From positions 3,638-67,637 of the forward strand of contig JBBRCQ010000006.1 in NCBI GenBank assembly GCA_038204725.1: a DNA stretch of 64,000 bases, written 5' to 3'. The position numbers were made by a program, and so were the translations under genes. Position 1 is the first letter of the stretch; each line of letters begins with the position of its first letter. Below are positions 42,586 through 52,105 of this stretch, one piece after another. The notes under the pieces are model-generated. The model was not told where the DNA came from. It searched no databases and saw only the letters and a list, made by a program, of their open reading frames with translations. Source of the DNA: Bacteroidales bacterium. Its GTDB lineage: Bacteria > Bacteroidota > Bacteroidia > Bacteroidales > JACABE01.

Positions 42586-44520
42586 ATGAAAAAAAAGTTC
42601 ATAATTTTAAATATATTATTGTTAATGTTTTCCGGTTCTTATGCTCAGGAAATTATTACTCAGTTAAGTACGAATCCTCAACTTACAGGGAAGTTACGTG
42701 TGAAAAAGCAGTTTAAATCGAGCACTGTTTCATTACAATTGCCTTTTGTTGAAGATTTCTCCAATTATACAGGTGATCCCGATTCCAATCTATGGCTCGA
42801 TAATTTGGGATATGTTAATACTCAATTTGCAATTTTCCCGCCTACTATTGGTGTTGTGACGCTAGATGCATTAAATCAAAACGGTGTTGTATATCCTCAT
42901 GCAACAACATCTCAGTTTCCTGCAGATACATTAACTTCTCATCCCATTCGTTTAGATTCAGTATTTCAGCCTGTGTTGAAAGCTTTAAAAATATCCGATT
43001 CGTTGTATTTTAGTTTCTTTTTTCAACCCAGTGGGGGGAGGGGCTTACCTTATTTACTTCTGGGTGATGCCCCGGAAGCTGCTGATTCATTGGTGCTTGA
43101 ATTTTATAGTCCTGTACTCATGACCTGGAACCATGTATGGAGCACAAAAGGAATGAAGCTCGATTCCATTTATTTAAAGTCTAACAGATATTTTAAATAT
43201 GTTATTTTAGCTGTAAACGATTCTGCCAATTATTATAAAGATGGATTCCAGTTTCGTTTCAGAAATTATTGCAGCTTGGGCAACAGCACTTCTCCCAGTT
43301 TTTTAAGCAATTGCGATCAATGGAATATAGATTATGTGTATTTAGGCATCAACAGAACAATCAATGATACGGTTTTGCGCGATTTGGCATTTGTAGAAAA
43401 AGCACCCTCTTTTTTAACGAAATACCAGGCTATTCCTGCAAAACAATTCCAGGTAAGTGATGTGAAAGCAAGCCTGAATATGTTGTTGAGCAATATTGAC
43501 GGCATTGCGCATTCTTCAAATTATAAGTATGAAGTATGGGATCAGAACAATGTATTGTTGCATACCGAAGACAGAGGATTCGAAAATATAAGTTCATTTT
43601 GGACCAATGGTTATCAATCATCTCCGGTACATGCCAATCCTCCGGTAACCTACAATTTTTCATCTGCTGTTGGCAATAAATCATGGTTCGAAATCCGTCA
43701 TATTTTTAAAGAAGGGGTTTCTCAGGACATTCGCCCTGAAAATGATACCAATAGATTTATCCAAAATTTCGGTGATTATTATGCTTATGATGATGGTAGT
43801 GCCGAAAATGGCTATGGATTATATGAAGCTGGTGCTATGCTGGCCTATAAATTTGTTTTGAATGTTCCCGATACATTGGTGGCTGTTGAAATGTTTTTTA
43901 ATACAACCTTCAATAATGCCAACCAGCGGAATTTTTATCTGACAGTTTGGAATAATAACGGATCGGGTAAACCAGGGAGTATTATTTACCAGAGTAATGT
44001 ATTACTGCCTGTTTTTGAAAGTGGATTGAACCAGTTTCATAGTTACATACTTGATAATCAGGTGCATGTGAACGGTACTATATTTGTTGGATGGGTTCAG
44101 GCAACAGCTGATAATCTGAATATAGGTTTCGACAGAAATACTTCCTCACAGGATAATATTTTTTACAACACTTTAGGTACATGGGAACAATCTTTTGTAA
44201 AAGGGTCTTTAATGATTCGTCCCGTATTTGGTACAACTTACCTTGGTGTAGATGAAGCTGAAAAAAAAGATGGTTCATTTGATATATTTCCCAACCCACT
44301 CATAGAAGGAAATGTAAATTTTACATTGCAAACAAGTGGGCTGATCAATGAAAAAGATTATATTATAATGATATACAATATGCTTGGTAAGCAGGTGTAT
44401 CATTCTGAATTTAAATCATCTGTTGATGTGAGTCAACTTCCCAATGCGGTTTATCTAATCACTTTAAATAATACTAAAACCAAACAACAGCAAGTTAAGA
44501 AGTTTATCATCGCCCGATAA
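42586..44520 (+). CDS. secreted protein with T9SS C-terminal sorting domain
   Basis: Signal peptide MKKKFIILNILLLMFSGSYAQ. C-terminal FDIFPNPLIEGNVNFTL...IMIYNMLGKQVY...LPNAVYLITL (type A T9SS tail). Confidence 0.7.
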   Translation: MKKKFIILNILLLMFSGSYAQEIITQLSTNPQLTGKLRVKKQFKSSTVSLQLPFVEDFSNYTGDPDSNLWLDNLGYVNTQFAIFPPTIGVVTLDALNQNGVVYPHATTSQFPADTLTSHPIRLDSVFQPVLKALKISDSLYFSFFFQPSGGRGLPYLLLGDAPEAADSLVLEFYSPVLMTWNHVWSTKGMKLDSIYLKSNRYFKYVILAVNDSANYYKDGFQFRFRNYCSLGNSTSPSFLSNCDQWNIDYVYLGINRTINDTVLRDLAFVEKAPSFLTKYQAIPAKQFQVSDVKASLNMLLSNIDGIAHSSNYKYEVWDQNNVLLHTEDRGFENISSFWTNGYQSSPVHANPPVTYNFSSAVGNKSWFEIRHIFKEGVSQDIRPENDTNRFIQNFGDYYAYDDGSAENGYGLYEAGAMLAYKFVLNVPDTLVAVEMFFNTTFNNANQRNFYLTVWNNNGSGKPGSIIYQSNVLLPVFESGLNQFHSYILDNQVHVNGTIFVGWVQATADNLNIGFDRNTSSQDNIFYNTLGTWEQSFVKGSLMIRPVFGTTYLGVDEAEKKDGSFDIFPNPLIEGNVNFTLQTSGLINEKDYIIMIYNMLGKQVYHSEFKSSVDVSQLPNAVYLITLNNTKTKQQQVKKFIIAR

Positions 44521-44544
44521 GCATTTGTTTATAATAATACATTC

Positions 44545-45615
44545 ATGATTGAAGAAAAAGATTTAGAGGAAGAGAATAATTTCATTTCGGAAGAAGAAGA
44601 ACAGGATCTATACGAACATCACCGTTTTGTGGTAGACAGTGGTCAGGGTTTATTGCGGATTGATAAGTATCTGACGATGCATATTGTAAATGCAACCCGT
44701 AATAAAATTCAAATTGCTGCCCATGCAGGGAATATATTGGTGAACGAAAAAACCATCAAGCCCAATTATAAGGTAAAACCATTGGATGTCATTAGTATTG
44801 TAATGGCTTATCCACCCCGTGATACAGAAATATTGCCCGAAAATATTCCGTTAAGCATTGCTTACGAAGACAATGATTTGTTATTGGTAAACAAAACGCC
44901 CGAAATGGTGGTTCATCCCGGATACGGTAATTACACAGGCACATTGGTAAATGCACTTACTTTTCATCTTTGTAAAGATGGCAAAGCAATCACCGAATCC
45001 AACCGACCTTATCTTGTGCATCGTATTGATAAGAATACTTCAGGCATATTGCTGGTAGCCAAAAATGAACTTACACAAAATCATTTGGCCCGTCAGTTTT
45101 TCGACCACAGTCTCGAGCGCAAATACAATGCATTGGTTTGGGGCGATTTTAAAGAAGACGAAGGTACCATTGAAGGAAATATTGGCAGATCACCGAAAGA
45201 TCGCAGGGTGATGACAGTTTTTCCCGATGGCAGTGCCGGAAAAACAGCGGTTACACATTATAAAGTTTTAGAGCGATTTGGTTATATAACATTAATAGAA
45301 TGTGAACTGGAAACTGGTCGTACCCATCAGATCAGGGCGCATTTAAAATACATCGGACATCCGGTATTTAACGATCCTACCTATGGAGGCAATCATATCA
45401 TCAAGGGAACTACTTTTACAAAATACAAACAGTTTGTTGAAAATTGTTTTAAGATCATCCCACGCCACGCATTGCATGCTAAATCATTAGGTTTTGTACA
45501 TCCAGCTACGGGTAAATTTATCTTTTTCGATTCCGATCTTCCGCTTGACATGCAGGAAGTGATTGAGAAATGGAGAAAATATTCTACATTTAAAGCATTT
45601 GAAGAGGAATCTTAA
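44545..45615 (+). CDS. rluD: 23S rRNA pseudouridine synthase RluD-like
   Basis: S4 domain (RIDKYL), HRIDKNTSGILLVAKN, KYNALVWG, TGRTHQIRAHL. Confidence 0.85.
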   Translation: MIEEKDLEEENNFISEEEEQDLYEHHRFVVDSGQGLLRIDKYLTMHIVNATRNKIQIAAHAGNILVNEKTIKPNYKVKPLDVISIVMAYPPRDTEILPENIPLSIAYEDNDLLLVNKTPEMVVHPGYGNYTGTLVNALTFHLCKDGKAITESNRPYLVHRIDKNTSGILLVAKNELTQNHLARQFFDHSLERKYNALVWGDFKEDEGTIEGNIGRSPKDRRVMTVFPDGSAGKTAVTHYKVLERFGYITLIECELETGRTHQIRAHLKYIGHPVFNDPTYGGNHIIKGTTFTKYKQFVENCFKIIPRHALHAKSLGFVHPATGKFIFFDSDLPLDMQEVIEKWRKYSTFKAFEEES

Positions 45616-45873
45616 CATTTTATTTTTAACTGTTAACTTTTCAATTATTTATTTGTTATAATTACAGTTTCTGAAATTTTAAAAAAAATCAGATAAAATA
45701 ATTTCAAATTTAATTTCAAATTTATTAATTTTTCATTGGTATAAAGATTAAAAAACTCATTTATTAAATTTTTTTTTCTACTTTTACAAACCAATTTTTT
45801 TTTAGATTTTTTTTTTAAAATATTTTCAATTTTTTTCCATTTCGTTAAATCTATTATCCTTTTTTTCAACTTG

Positions 45874-45904
45874 TTTGAAATTCATTATAAATTGTTTACC
45901 TTTG
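45874..45904 (+). promoter_or_regulatory. consensus promoter TTTG-N19-TACCTTTG of the three-gene cassette
   Basis: TTTG at 45874-45877 and TACCTTTG at 45897-45904, 18 nt before ATG 45923. Confidence 0.55.
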
Positions 45905-45922
45905 CAATATTTAGAACCCTAA

Positions 45923-46681
45923 ATGACTAAGAACAAAGATATTAAAATTAATTATACTAAATCTCCAATATTTTTAGCAATTTTGGAAATTAGATTCAAT
46001 GATGATAAGTTAATTGATATTGAAAAGTTTTCCAAGTTTAAAAGTGAGGTTATTAAAATCTTCCCTAATTCACAAAAACAAGTTGTTAGTCAACTAAAAA
46101 TTGATAACTTTCTTGAAGGTCAAACTAAAATATCACTTCACAATCAAAGAGTTAATTGCCATTCATATACTTCAAAAGATAAACTTTCTGAATTTACAAT
46201 TTCACTAAACAGATTTAATTACAAACAAACTGGGGATTATACAAATTTTGATGATTTTACGAAAGATGCTAAAAAAGCATGGGAAATACATTACCCTTTA
46301 TTAAAAGAAGTTGATATTTCTGGTATTTCTATAAGGTGTTTCAATAGAATTGAAATTAATGAATTTGTAAATAACCCAACTGAATATTTTAATGTTTCAA
46401 TTCAAGCTGAAAAAAATGCAATAAAAGATACTGTTACAAATTATTCTTTAAGATATATATCTAAAAATCAAAACAATAAAAATCATTCTATTATTTCACT
46501 TAGCTTAGAAGATAGTTCTGTTGACTTTTTTCCTTTTGTTTTAGATATAGATGTTCATGATGAAAATCCGATAAAAAACGATTTGGAATTATTGTGGAAT
46601 AAATTTGAATTGTTGAGAATTGAAAAGGACAATCTATTTAATTCTTTAATTACAGATAAAACTAAAAAAATATTTTTATGA
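45923..46681 (+). CDS. uncharacterised protein, TIGR04255-like
   Basis: From memory of that family: N-terminal Y.KSPI..A..EIRF, mid R.FNRIEI and later LDIDV patterns. About 250 aa. Needs HMM confirmation. Confidence 0.5.
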   Translation: MTKNKDIKINYTKSPIFLAILEIRFNDDKLIDIEKFSKFKSEVIKIFPNSQKQVVSQLKIDNFLEGQTKISLHNQRVNCHSYTSKDKLSEFTISLNRFNYKQTGDYTNFDDFTKDAKKAWEIHYPLLKEVDISGISIRCFNRIEINEFVNNPTEYFNVSIQAEKNAIKDTVTNYSLRYISKNQNNKNHSIISLSLEDSSVDFFPFVLDIDVHDENPIKNDLELLWNKFELLRIEKDNLFNSLITDKTKKIFL

Positions 46682-47136
46682 ACTTAAGTAAATCAATAAA
46701 AATGATGCCTATTATATTGGGTTTGTCACCTAATGTTAGTCATGCAAAAACAGAACTACTTTTTTCAGAATCAGATTTTATAAAAGAAACTTATTTTAAA
46801 TATGCCAAATCTTCAATAAATGCTGATCATAATTTGCAAATTTCATCTCAGCAGTTTTATAAGCAAAGATTTAATGATTTATATAAAAAATGGTATTCAA
46901 ATACTATGCTTTACTCAAATCCGAGAATGATTATAGAAGATGAAAGCTTTCAAACTATATTAAAAATGGGTGACATGGCAATTCCGCTAATAATTGAAAA
47001 AATTGAGGTTGAACCAAGTCAATTAGTATGGGCTCTTAATATAATAACTAAAAAGAAAATTTCAAATAATTCAAAAATTTCAATTGCTGAAGCTTGTAAA
47101 AGTTGGGTAAAACACGAGAAACAATACTTGGTATAA
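46678..47136 (+). CDS. hypothetical protein (cassette gene 2)
   Basis: ATG overlaps the upstream TGA (ATGA). No recognised domain. Likely helical (...W.SNTMLYSNPRMIIEDESFQTILKMGDMAIPLIIEKI...LVWALNIIT). Confidence 0.5.
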   Translation: MNLSKSIKMMPIILGLSPNVSHAKTELLFSESDFIKETYFKYAKSSINADHNLQISSQQFYKQRFNDLYKKWYSNTMLYSNPRMIIEDESFQTILKMGDMAIPLIIEKIEVEPSQLVWALNIITKKKISNNSKISIAEACKSWVKHEKQYLV

Positions 47137-47141
47137 AATTT

Positions 47142-47633
47142 ATGGATACTCAATATATCTTAAATAATTTTCCAAAATTAATTTTAGATCCAAATTTCAA
47201 GATTTCAAGTCCTATAAACGTTAACTATAATTGTATTGCATGGGCTGGTATTAGAGATGATGAGTTTTGGTGGCCAGAAATAGAACCTTATAATCTTGAC
47301 GGAGTAAAATATAAGTGGCCATTTAATATTGAAAATAACGATAAACTAAAATTTTTCATTGAATTATATTCAAAGTTAGGTTATATTGAAACCTCAAATA
47401 ATATTGGAAATGAACATCCTAAATTTAGAAAAATTGCAGTGTTTATTAAAATAGATCCGTTAAATCTTGATATTTTGACAAATACTTGTACTCATGCTGC
47501 AAGACAATTAAAAAATGGTCTCTGGACAAGTAAATTAGGTCGATTTCATGATATAGTTCATTCAAATCCATATGATTTAGAAGGCAAAGCTTATGGTAAT
47601 ATTGCTATTATACTTAAAAAGTCATTATTATAA
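47142..47633 (+). CDS. hypothetical protein with papain-like Cys/His motif pattern (cassette gene 3)
   Basis: YNCIAWAG (Cys followed by aromatic/small residues), then CTHAARQLKNGLWTSKLGRFHDIVH. The Cys...His...His/Asp order is compatible with a cysteine hydrolase fold. ATG is 5 nt after the gene 2 stop. Confidence 0.45.
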   Translation: MDTQYILNNFPKLILDPNFKISSPINVNYNCIAWAGIRDDEFWWPEIEPYNLDGVKYKWPFNIENNDKLKFFIELYSKLGYIETSNNIGNEHPKFRKIAVFIKIDPLNLDILTNTCTHAARQLKNGLWTSKLGRFHDIVHSNPYDLEGKAYGNIAIILKKSLL

Positions 47634-47756
47634 AATATAGTTTTATCCTTCCGATTTTAGAAAGTAAATTTAGATGAATTAGAGTCGGTGCCATCTATTG
47701 TAAGAAATAATAATTATTATCAGATACTTTTAAATAATCATAAACAATCAACTTTA

Positions 47757-47794
47757 ATAAAAAAAAGGCTGTCCTAAAGACAGCCTTTTTTTTA
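47757..47794. terminator. bidirectional rho-independent terminator between the cassette and nrdJ
   Basis: A-run, AAGGCTGTC-CTAAA-GACAGCCTT, T-run. Confidence 0.85.
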
Positions 47795-50491
47795 TTAACC
47801 ACATTTTGAATATCCGCAGTGTTTGCATGCTAAGCAGCCTTCTTTGTAGATTAAGCCTCCTTTAGCTCCACATTCGGGGCAGGAAGCTTCTGAAGGTGCT
47901 GTTCCGTCTGGTATGTATTTCTTTAATGCTCTTACTACACCATTTTTCCATGTATTGATAGAATCTATTTCGAGGTTAAGGTTTGAGATTAAATCTACAG
48001 CAAATTGCAAAGGCATTCCATGACGTAAGATGCCGGAAATTAATTTTGCATAGTTCCAGTATTCTTTATCAAATGATCTTGAAAGTCCTTCAATGGTAAC
48101 TTTATATCCTTCTTTGTCTTCAAACTGGAAGTCGTAACGGGCTTTTTCGTTTCCTTCTTTATTTCTGATAACAATACCTTTGTTTACCCAAGGCGGGAGA
48201 TAAAATCCCTCTGCTTTTCCCGTAAATACTTCGTAAGGTTTATTGTCTAATACACCTACTACTGCAATCCATTTATCGTAATCGTTCTGAAAACGAACTA
48301 CTTCAGCTTCTAGTTTCTTAGGTCTTGTAGGTGCTTTGGTTTCTCTGAATTCGTAATCGTCTTCTTTGGTGTCGGAATGAGCAATCAAAACGCCTGCACG
48401 TGAACCTTCGCGGTAGATGGTAATCCCTTTACAGCCTGTTTCCCATGCGGTCCTATAAATATCACTCACCAGTTCTTTGGTAGTGTCTCGGGGGACATTT
48501 ACAGTAACACTGATAGAATGATCCACCCATTTTTGTACGGCACCTTGCATTTGAACTTTACTTACCCAATCAATATCGTTGGAGGTAGCCTGATAATAAG
48601 GTGATTTTTTAATAACTGCTTCCAAATCAGCTTCGTTGTAAAGTTTAACTTCTTCAACATTATAATGATTAACTTTTAGCCATTTTAAAAATTTGGGGTG
48701 AAATATATTGTATTCTTCCCATGAATCACCGGTTTCATCCACAAATGAAACGGTAACATTTTTATCGTTCGGATTCACTTTTTTTCTTCTCTTGTAAGAA
48801 ATCATAAATACAGGTTCTATACCGGAAGTGGTCTGAGTGCATATACTTACGCTACCTGTAGGGGCAATGGTAAGTATAGCTATATTTCTTCTTCCATATT
48901 GCACCATGTCTTCATATACCTTAGGAGCTGCTTCTTTTAAACGGAGAATGAAAGGATTATTTTTTTCTCTTTCGGTATCGTACAAAGGAAAGGCACCTCG
49001 CTCTTTTGCTAAAATAATAGAAGATCTGTAGGCTTCGAGGGCTAACATTTTATGTACTTCCACTGAAAAATCAGTAGCAGTTTTAGTGCCATATTTGCAA
49101 CCTAATGCGGCAAGCATATCTCCTTCAGCAGTAATGCCAAAACCGGTTCTTCTGCCTTCCATTGCTTTCATTTTGATATTCAGCCAAAGATTTCTTTCTA
49201 TTCTTTTAATTTCGTCTTCTTCGGGATCATCAGCAATTTTTTGTAAAATACCTTCAATTTTTTCTAATTCCAGTTCAATTACATCGTCCATCATACGTTG
49301 AGCCATGTGCGCATGTTCTACAAATAATTCAGAGTTGAAACTTGCTTCAGGTGTAAATGGATTTTCTACATAACTATATAAATTGATAGCTAACAAACGA
49401 CAACTGTCATAGGGGCAAAGTGGAATTTCTCCACATGGATTGGTGGAAGTGGTTTTAAAGCCTAAATCTGCATAACAGTCGGGTATGGATTCTTTTAGAA
49501 TGGTATCCCAGAATAAAATTCCAGGTTCAGCCGATTGCCAGGCATTTTGTATAATCTTGTTCCATAACTGACGTGCATCTATTTCTCTGACTACTGTCGG
49601 GTTTTTTGAATCTATAGGATACTGCTGGTGGTACATTTTGTTCTCAACCACTGCCTGCATGAATTCATCGTCAATTTTTACAGATACATTGGCACCTGTT
49701 ACCTTTCCTTCTTCCAGTTTTGCATCAATAAATCTTTCGGAATCAGGATGTTTGATGGAAATGCTGAGCATTAAAGCACCACGTCTGCCATCTTGTGCAA
49801 CTTCGCGTGTTGAATTTGAATATCTTTCCATAAAAGGGACAATACCTGTTGAAGTTAAGGCACTGTTTTTTACAGGACTGCCAGATGGACGGATATGTGA
49901 TAAATCGTGACCAACTCCTCCACGGCGTTTCATTAACTGAACCTGTTCCTGATCAATTTTCATAATACCACCGTAAGAATCCGAATTTCCATCATTGCCT
50001 ATTACGAAACAGTTTGAAAGCGATGCGATCTGAAAATTATTACCAATTCCAGCCATCGGACTACCTTGTGGAATAATATACTTGAAATTTTTAAGTAAAT
50101 CATAAATCTCATTTTCCAACATGGGGTTGGGATATTTTTTCTCAATACGGGCAATTTCAGATGCAATCCTGCGATGCATATCGTCAGGTGTTAATTCATA
50201 AAGATTCCCGGCACTGTCTTTAAGGGCATATTTATTCATCCATACACTTGCAGCCAATGTATCACCCTGGAAATAAGCAGTAGCCTTTTCCGTTACTTCT
50301 TCGTGGGTGTATTTTTGAGGTTCTTTAAGATTGTTGATTTGTTCAGTCATTACTTGTATTTTGGTATTTGGGTCTTTTTCATTGTCAAAAATATTTGGTA
50401 GTTTTCTGTTTTCAATTAATCCATTATAATTGAAATCTTGCTCTTGATTGAGCGTGTTGATTTCCAGCGCAGAAAAAAGTGAGTTTTCCAT
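47795..50491 (-). CDS. nrdJ: class II (adenosylcobalamin-dependent) ribonucleotide reductase
   Basis: About 900 aa. SNCF...GGVG..LS.IRP.G, NPCGEI.L active-site region, TIAPTGS, and C-terminal zinc-ribbon CPECG....Y.EGC..C..CG. Start set to ATG 50491. Confidence 0.85.
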   Translation of the reverse strand: MENSLFSALEINTLNQEQDFNYNGLIENRKLPNIFDNEKDPNTKIQVMTEQINNLKEPQKYTHEEVTEKATAYFQGDTLAASVWMNKYALKDSAGNLYELTPDDMHRRIASEIARIEKKYPNPMLENEIYDLLKNFKYIIPQGSPMAGIGNNFQIASLSNCFVIGNDGNSDSYGGIMKIDQEQVQLMKRRGGVGHDLSHIRPSGSPVKNSALTSTGIVPFMERYSNSTREVAQDGRRGALMLSISIKHPDSERFIDAKLEEGKVTGANVSVKIDDEFMQAVVENKMYHQQYPIDSKNPTVVREIDARQLWNKIIQNAWQSAEPGILFWDTILKESIPDCYADLGFKTTSTNPCGEIPLCPYDSCRLLAINLYSYVENPFTPEASFNSELFVEHAHMAQRMMDDVIELELEKIEGILQKIADDPEEDEIKRIERNLWLNIKMKAMEGRRTGFGITAEGDMLAALGCKYGTKTATDFSVEVHKMLALEAYRSSIILAKERGAFPLYDTEREKNNPFILRLKEAAPKVYEDMVQYGRRNIAILTIAPTGSVSICTQTTSGIEPVFMISYKRRKKVNPNDKNVTVSFVDETGDSWEEYNIFHPKFLKWLKVNHYNVEEVKLYNEADLEAVIKKSPYYQATSNDIDWVSKVQMQGAVQKWVDHSISVTVNVPRDTTKELVSDIYRTAWETGCKGITIYREGSRAGVLIAHSDTKEDDYEFRETKAPTRPKKLEAEVVRFQNDYDKWIAVVGVLDNKPYEVFTGKAEGFYLPPWVNKGIVIRNKEGNEKARYDFQFEDKEGYKVTIEGLSRSFDKEYWNYAKLISGILRHGMPLQFAVDLISNLNLEIDSINTWKNGVVRALKKYIPDGTAPSEASCPECGAKGGLIYKEGCLACKHCGYSKCG

Positions 50492-50692
50492 AAAATGAAC
50501 CAAATAGTTTTTATTTAATATTTTAAAACTGACTATCAGCTTTATAATTGTAAAAATTTAGGAATGTAAATATACAGTCAATATTCTTAATCAGCAAAAA
50601 GAGTAATTAACAATCTTATTCATATATGATGTATGTCATTGATATTCTATGCATTTAGTGTGTTAATAAATATTCAAGTACCACATACTTTT

Positions 50693-51124
50693 TTAAATAA
50701 GATGCTCCCATATTAATTTTTTCCCAAAACCGAGTCGGTTATCTGTCATTTTTATAAAGTCAGGCGTAATGCCCCAGAGTGTGGTTTTTGCTAATAATGC
50801 AATGGGAAACTTTTTAATATAAGCTATTTTAGCAGATGAAAGTTCTTTTCCTTCCAGTTTTTTTATTTTTCCCGTAAATTGTATCCCTCTGATTTTACCA
50901 ATAATGCTTGTTTCGAGCGCGATGGCTCCTGCTACACAAGGTTGATTTAATGTATCAACAATGTGTTTTGTTGTGATGTCAGATGTAAATACAAACATAT
51001 TTTCCTCTGCCATATATACATAAAAACAAGTGCAGGTATACGGTTGATTGTTGCTGGATGTAGCCAATGTGAATATATGATGTTCTTTGATAAAATCAAG
51101 GATGGTGTTTTCTATTGTTGTCAT
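50693..51124 (-). CDS. pyridoxamine 5'-phosphate oxidase-like FMN-binding family protein (YhbP/UPF0306-like)
   Basis: IFTLATSSNNQPYTCTCFYVY......VFTSD..TKH......V.G.I......IGKIRGIQF.G pattern. Confidence 0.65.
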   Translation of the reverse strand: MTTIENTILDFIKEHHIFTLATSSNNQPYTCTCFYVYMAEENMFVFTSDITTKHIVDTLNQPCVAGAIALETSIIGKIRGIQFTGKIKKLEGKELSSAKIAYIKKFPIALLAKTTLWGITPDFIKMTDNRLGFGKKLIWEHLI

Positions 51125-51132
51125 GGAAGTTT

Positions 51133-51311
51133 GTTAATGGGTTTTAGGGTGTTAAGTTATTAAGTTATTGTTTTTTAAGTTGTTAAGTCGGAAGTCCGAA
51201 GTCGGAAGTCCGAAGTCGGAAGTCCGAAGTCGGAAGACAGGAGACCGAAGATAAACACTGATCGAAGTCGAAGTGTTCCTCACTCTCTCTCACTGCCTCT
51301 CTCTCTCTCCC
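51133..51311 (-). repeat. all-repeat spacer: TTAAG/TTATT words, (GTCGGAA GTCCGAA)n and a CT-rich tract
   Basis: 51187-51235 holds seven alternating heptamers GTCGGAA/GTCCGAA, degenerating to 51256. TCGAAGTCGAAGTG at 51262-51275. CTCACTCTCTCTCACTGCCTCTCTCTCTCTCCC at 51279-51311. Confidence 0.9.
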
Positions 51312-51319
51312 ACGCCCAA

Positions 51320-51694
51320 TTATTTTTTAATCAGCATATTTATCGCAATGATTATCAATGCAACTGCAAAAACTTTTTTCATATTTTCAGGAGATATACT
51401 CAATGCAATTTTTGAACCGAAATACCCACCAATTAAAAAAGCAACAGCAATTATAGCCGCATATTTTAAATTCATTTGCCCGGCTTTGTAATAATTCATC
51501 ACAGCCAATAATCCAACGGGAGGTAACATAATCGCCAGGCTGGTACCTTGTGCCGAATGTTGACTCATCCCTAAAAAATAAATCAAAGCTGGTATCATAA
51601 TAACACCACCCCCTAATCCTACCATTCCACCAAAAATTCCGGATGCCAGGCCAATTGCCAGTAATATTAAAACAGTTCCAATGTTCATTTCCAT
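51320..51694 (-). CDS. TauE/SafE family (sulfite exporter-like) membrane protein, half-size
   Basis: GIFGGMVGLGGGVIMIPALIYFLGM..H.AQGTSL pattern. 124 aa, 4 TM. Confidence 0.7.
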   Translation of the reverse strand: MEMNIGTVLILLAIGLASGIFGGMVGLGGGVIMIPALIYFLGMSQHSAQGTSLAIMLPPVGLLAVMNYYKAGQMNLKYAAIIAVAFLIGGYFGSKIALSISPENMKKVFAVALIIIAINMLIKK

Positions 51695-52105
51695 TTTGTT
51701 TAGTTATTGGTTATTAAGTTATTAAGTTATTGGGTTATTGAGTTGTTAGGTTTGCTGAGCTTTTACTCAGTCCCGAGCTACAATTTCCGCTAAGCGATAG
51801 TTTAGTACCGATCTACAATTTCTTACGAAGTATGAGTTAGAAATTGTTATTCGGGAAAGTATGAGTTAGAAATTGTTATTCGGGATTAGTTGTTAAGTAA
51901 TTGGTTTGATGAGCTTTTGCTCAGTCCCGAGCTATAATTTCTATCTCGTTCTTCGACATCGCTCAGCTCAGTTTATTTTTCTTTTTCTTATTTTCTTTTT
52001 ACTTTTGGTCACCATTCACTATTCACTATTCACTGTTCACTATTCACTGTTCACTGTTCACTCTTCACTGTTCACTGTTCACTCTTCACTATCTACACTC
52101 TTCAC
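51695..52105 (-). repeat. ~410-bp intergenic region built entirely of repeat modules
   Basis: Word array at 51703-51748. Hairpin module at about 51752-51788 and again at about 51906-51942. 29-nt-period tandem duplication of AAGTATGAGTTAGAAATTGTTATTCGGG at 51828-51855 and 51857-51884. TTCTTCGACATCGCTCAGCTCAG around 51950. 11 clean plus 2 degenerate heptamers TTCACT(A/G/C) at 52015-52105. Confidence 0.9.

Noticed and set aside
45645-45869. 74-aa lysine-rich minus-strand ORF upstream of the cassette.
   Set aside because: It lies in poly-A/T tracts, has extreme low complexity, and overlaps the region just upstream of the cassette promoter. No start context or domain supports it.
50504-50692. An NrdR box or cobalamin riboswitch upstream of nrdJ.
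   Set aside because: I could not find a convincing 16-bp NrdR-type palindrome or a B12-box. The region is plain AT-rich promoter DNA.
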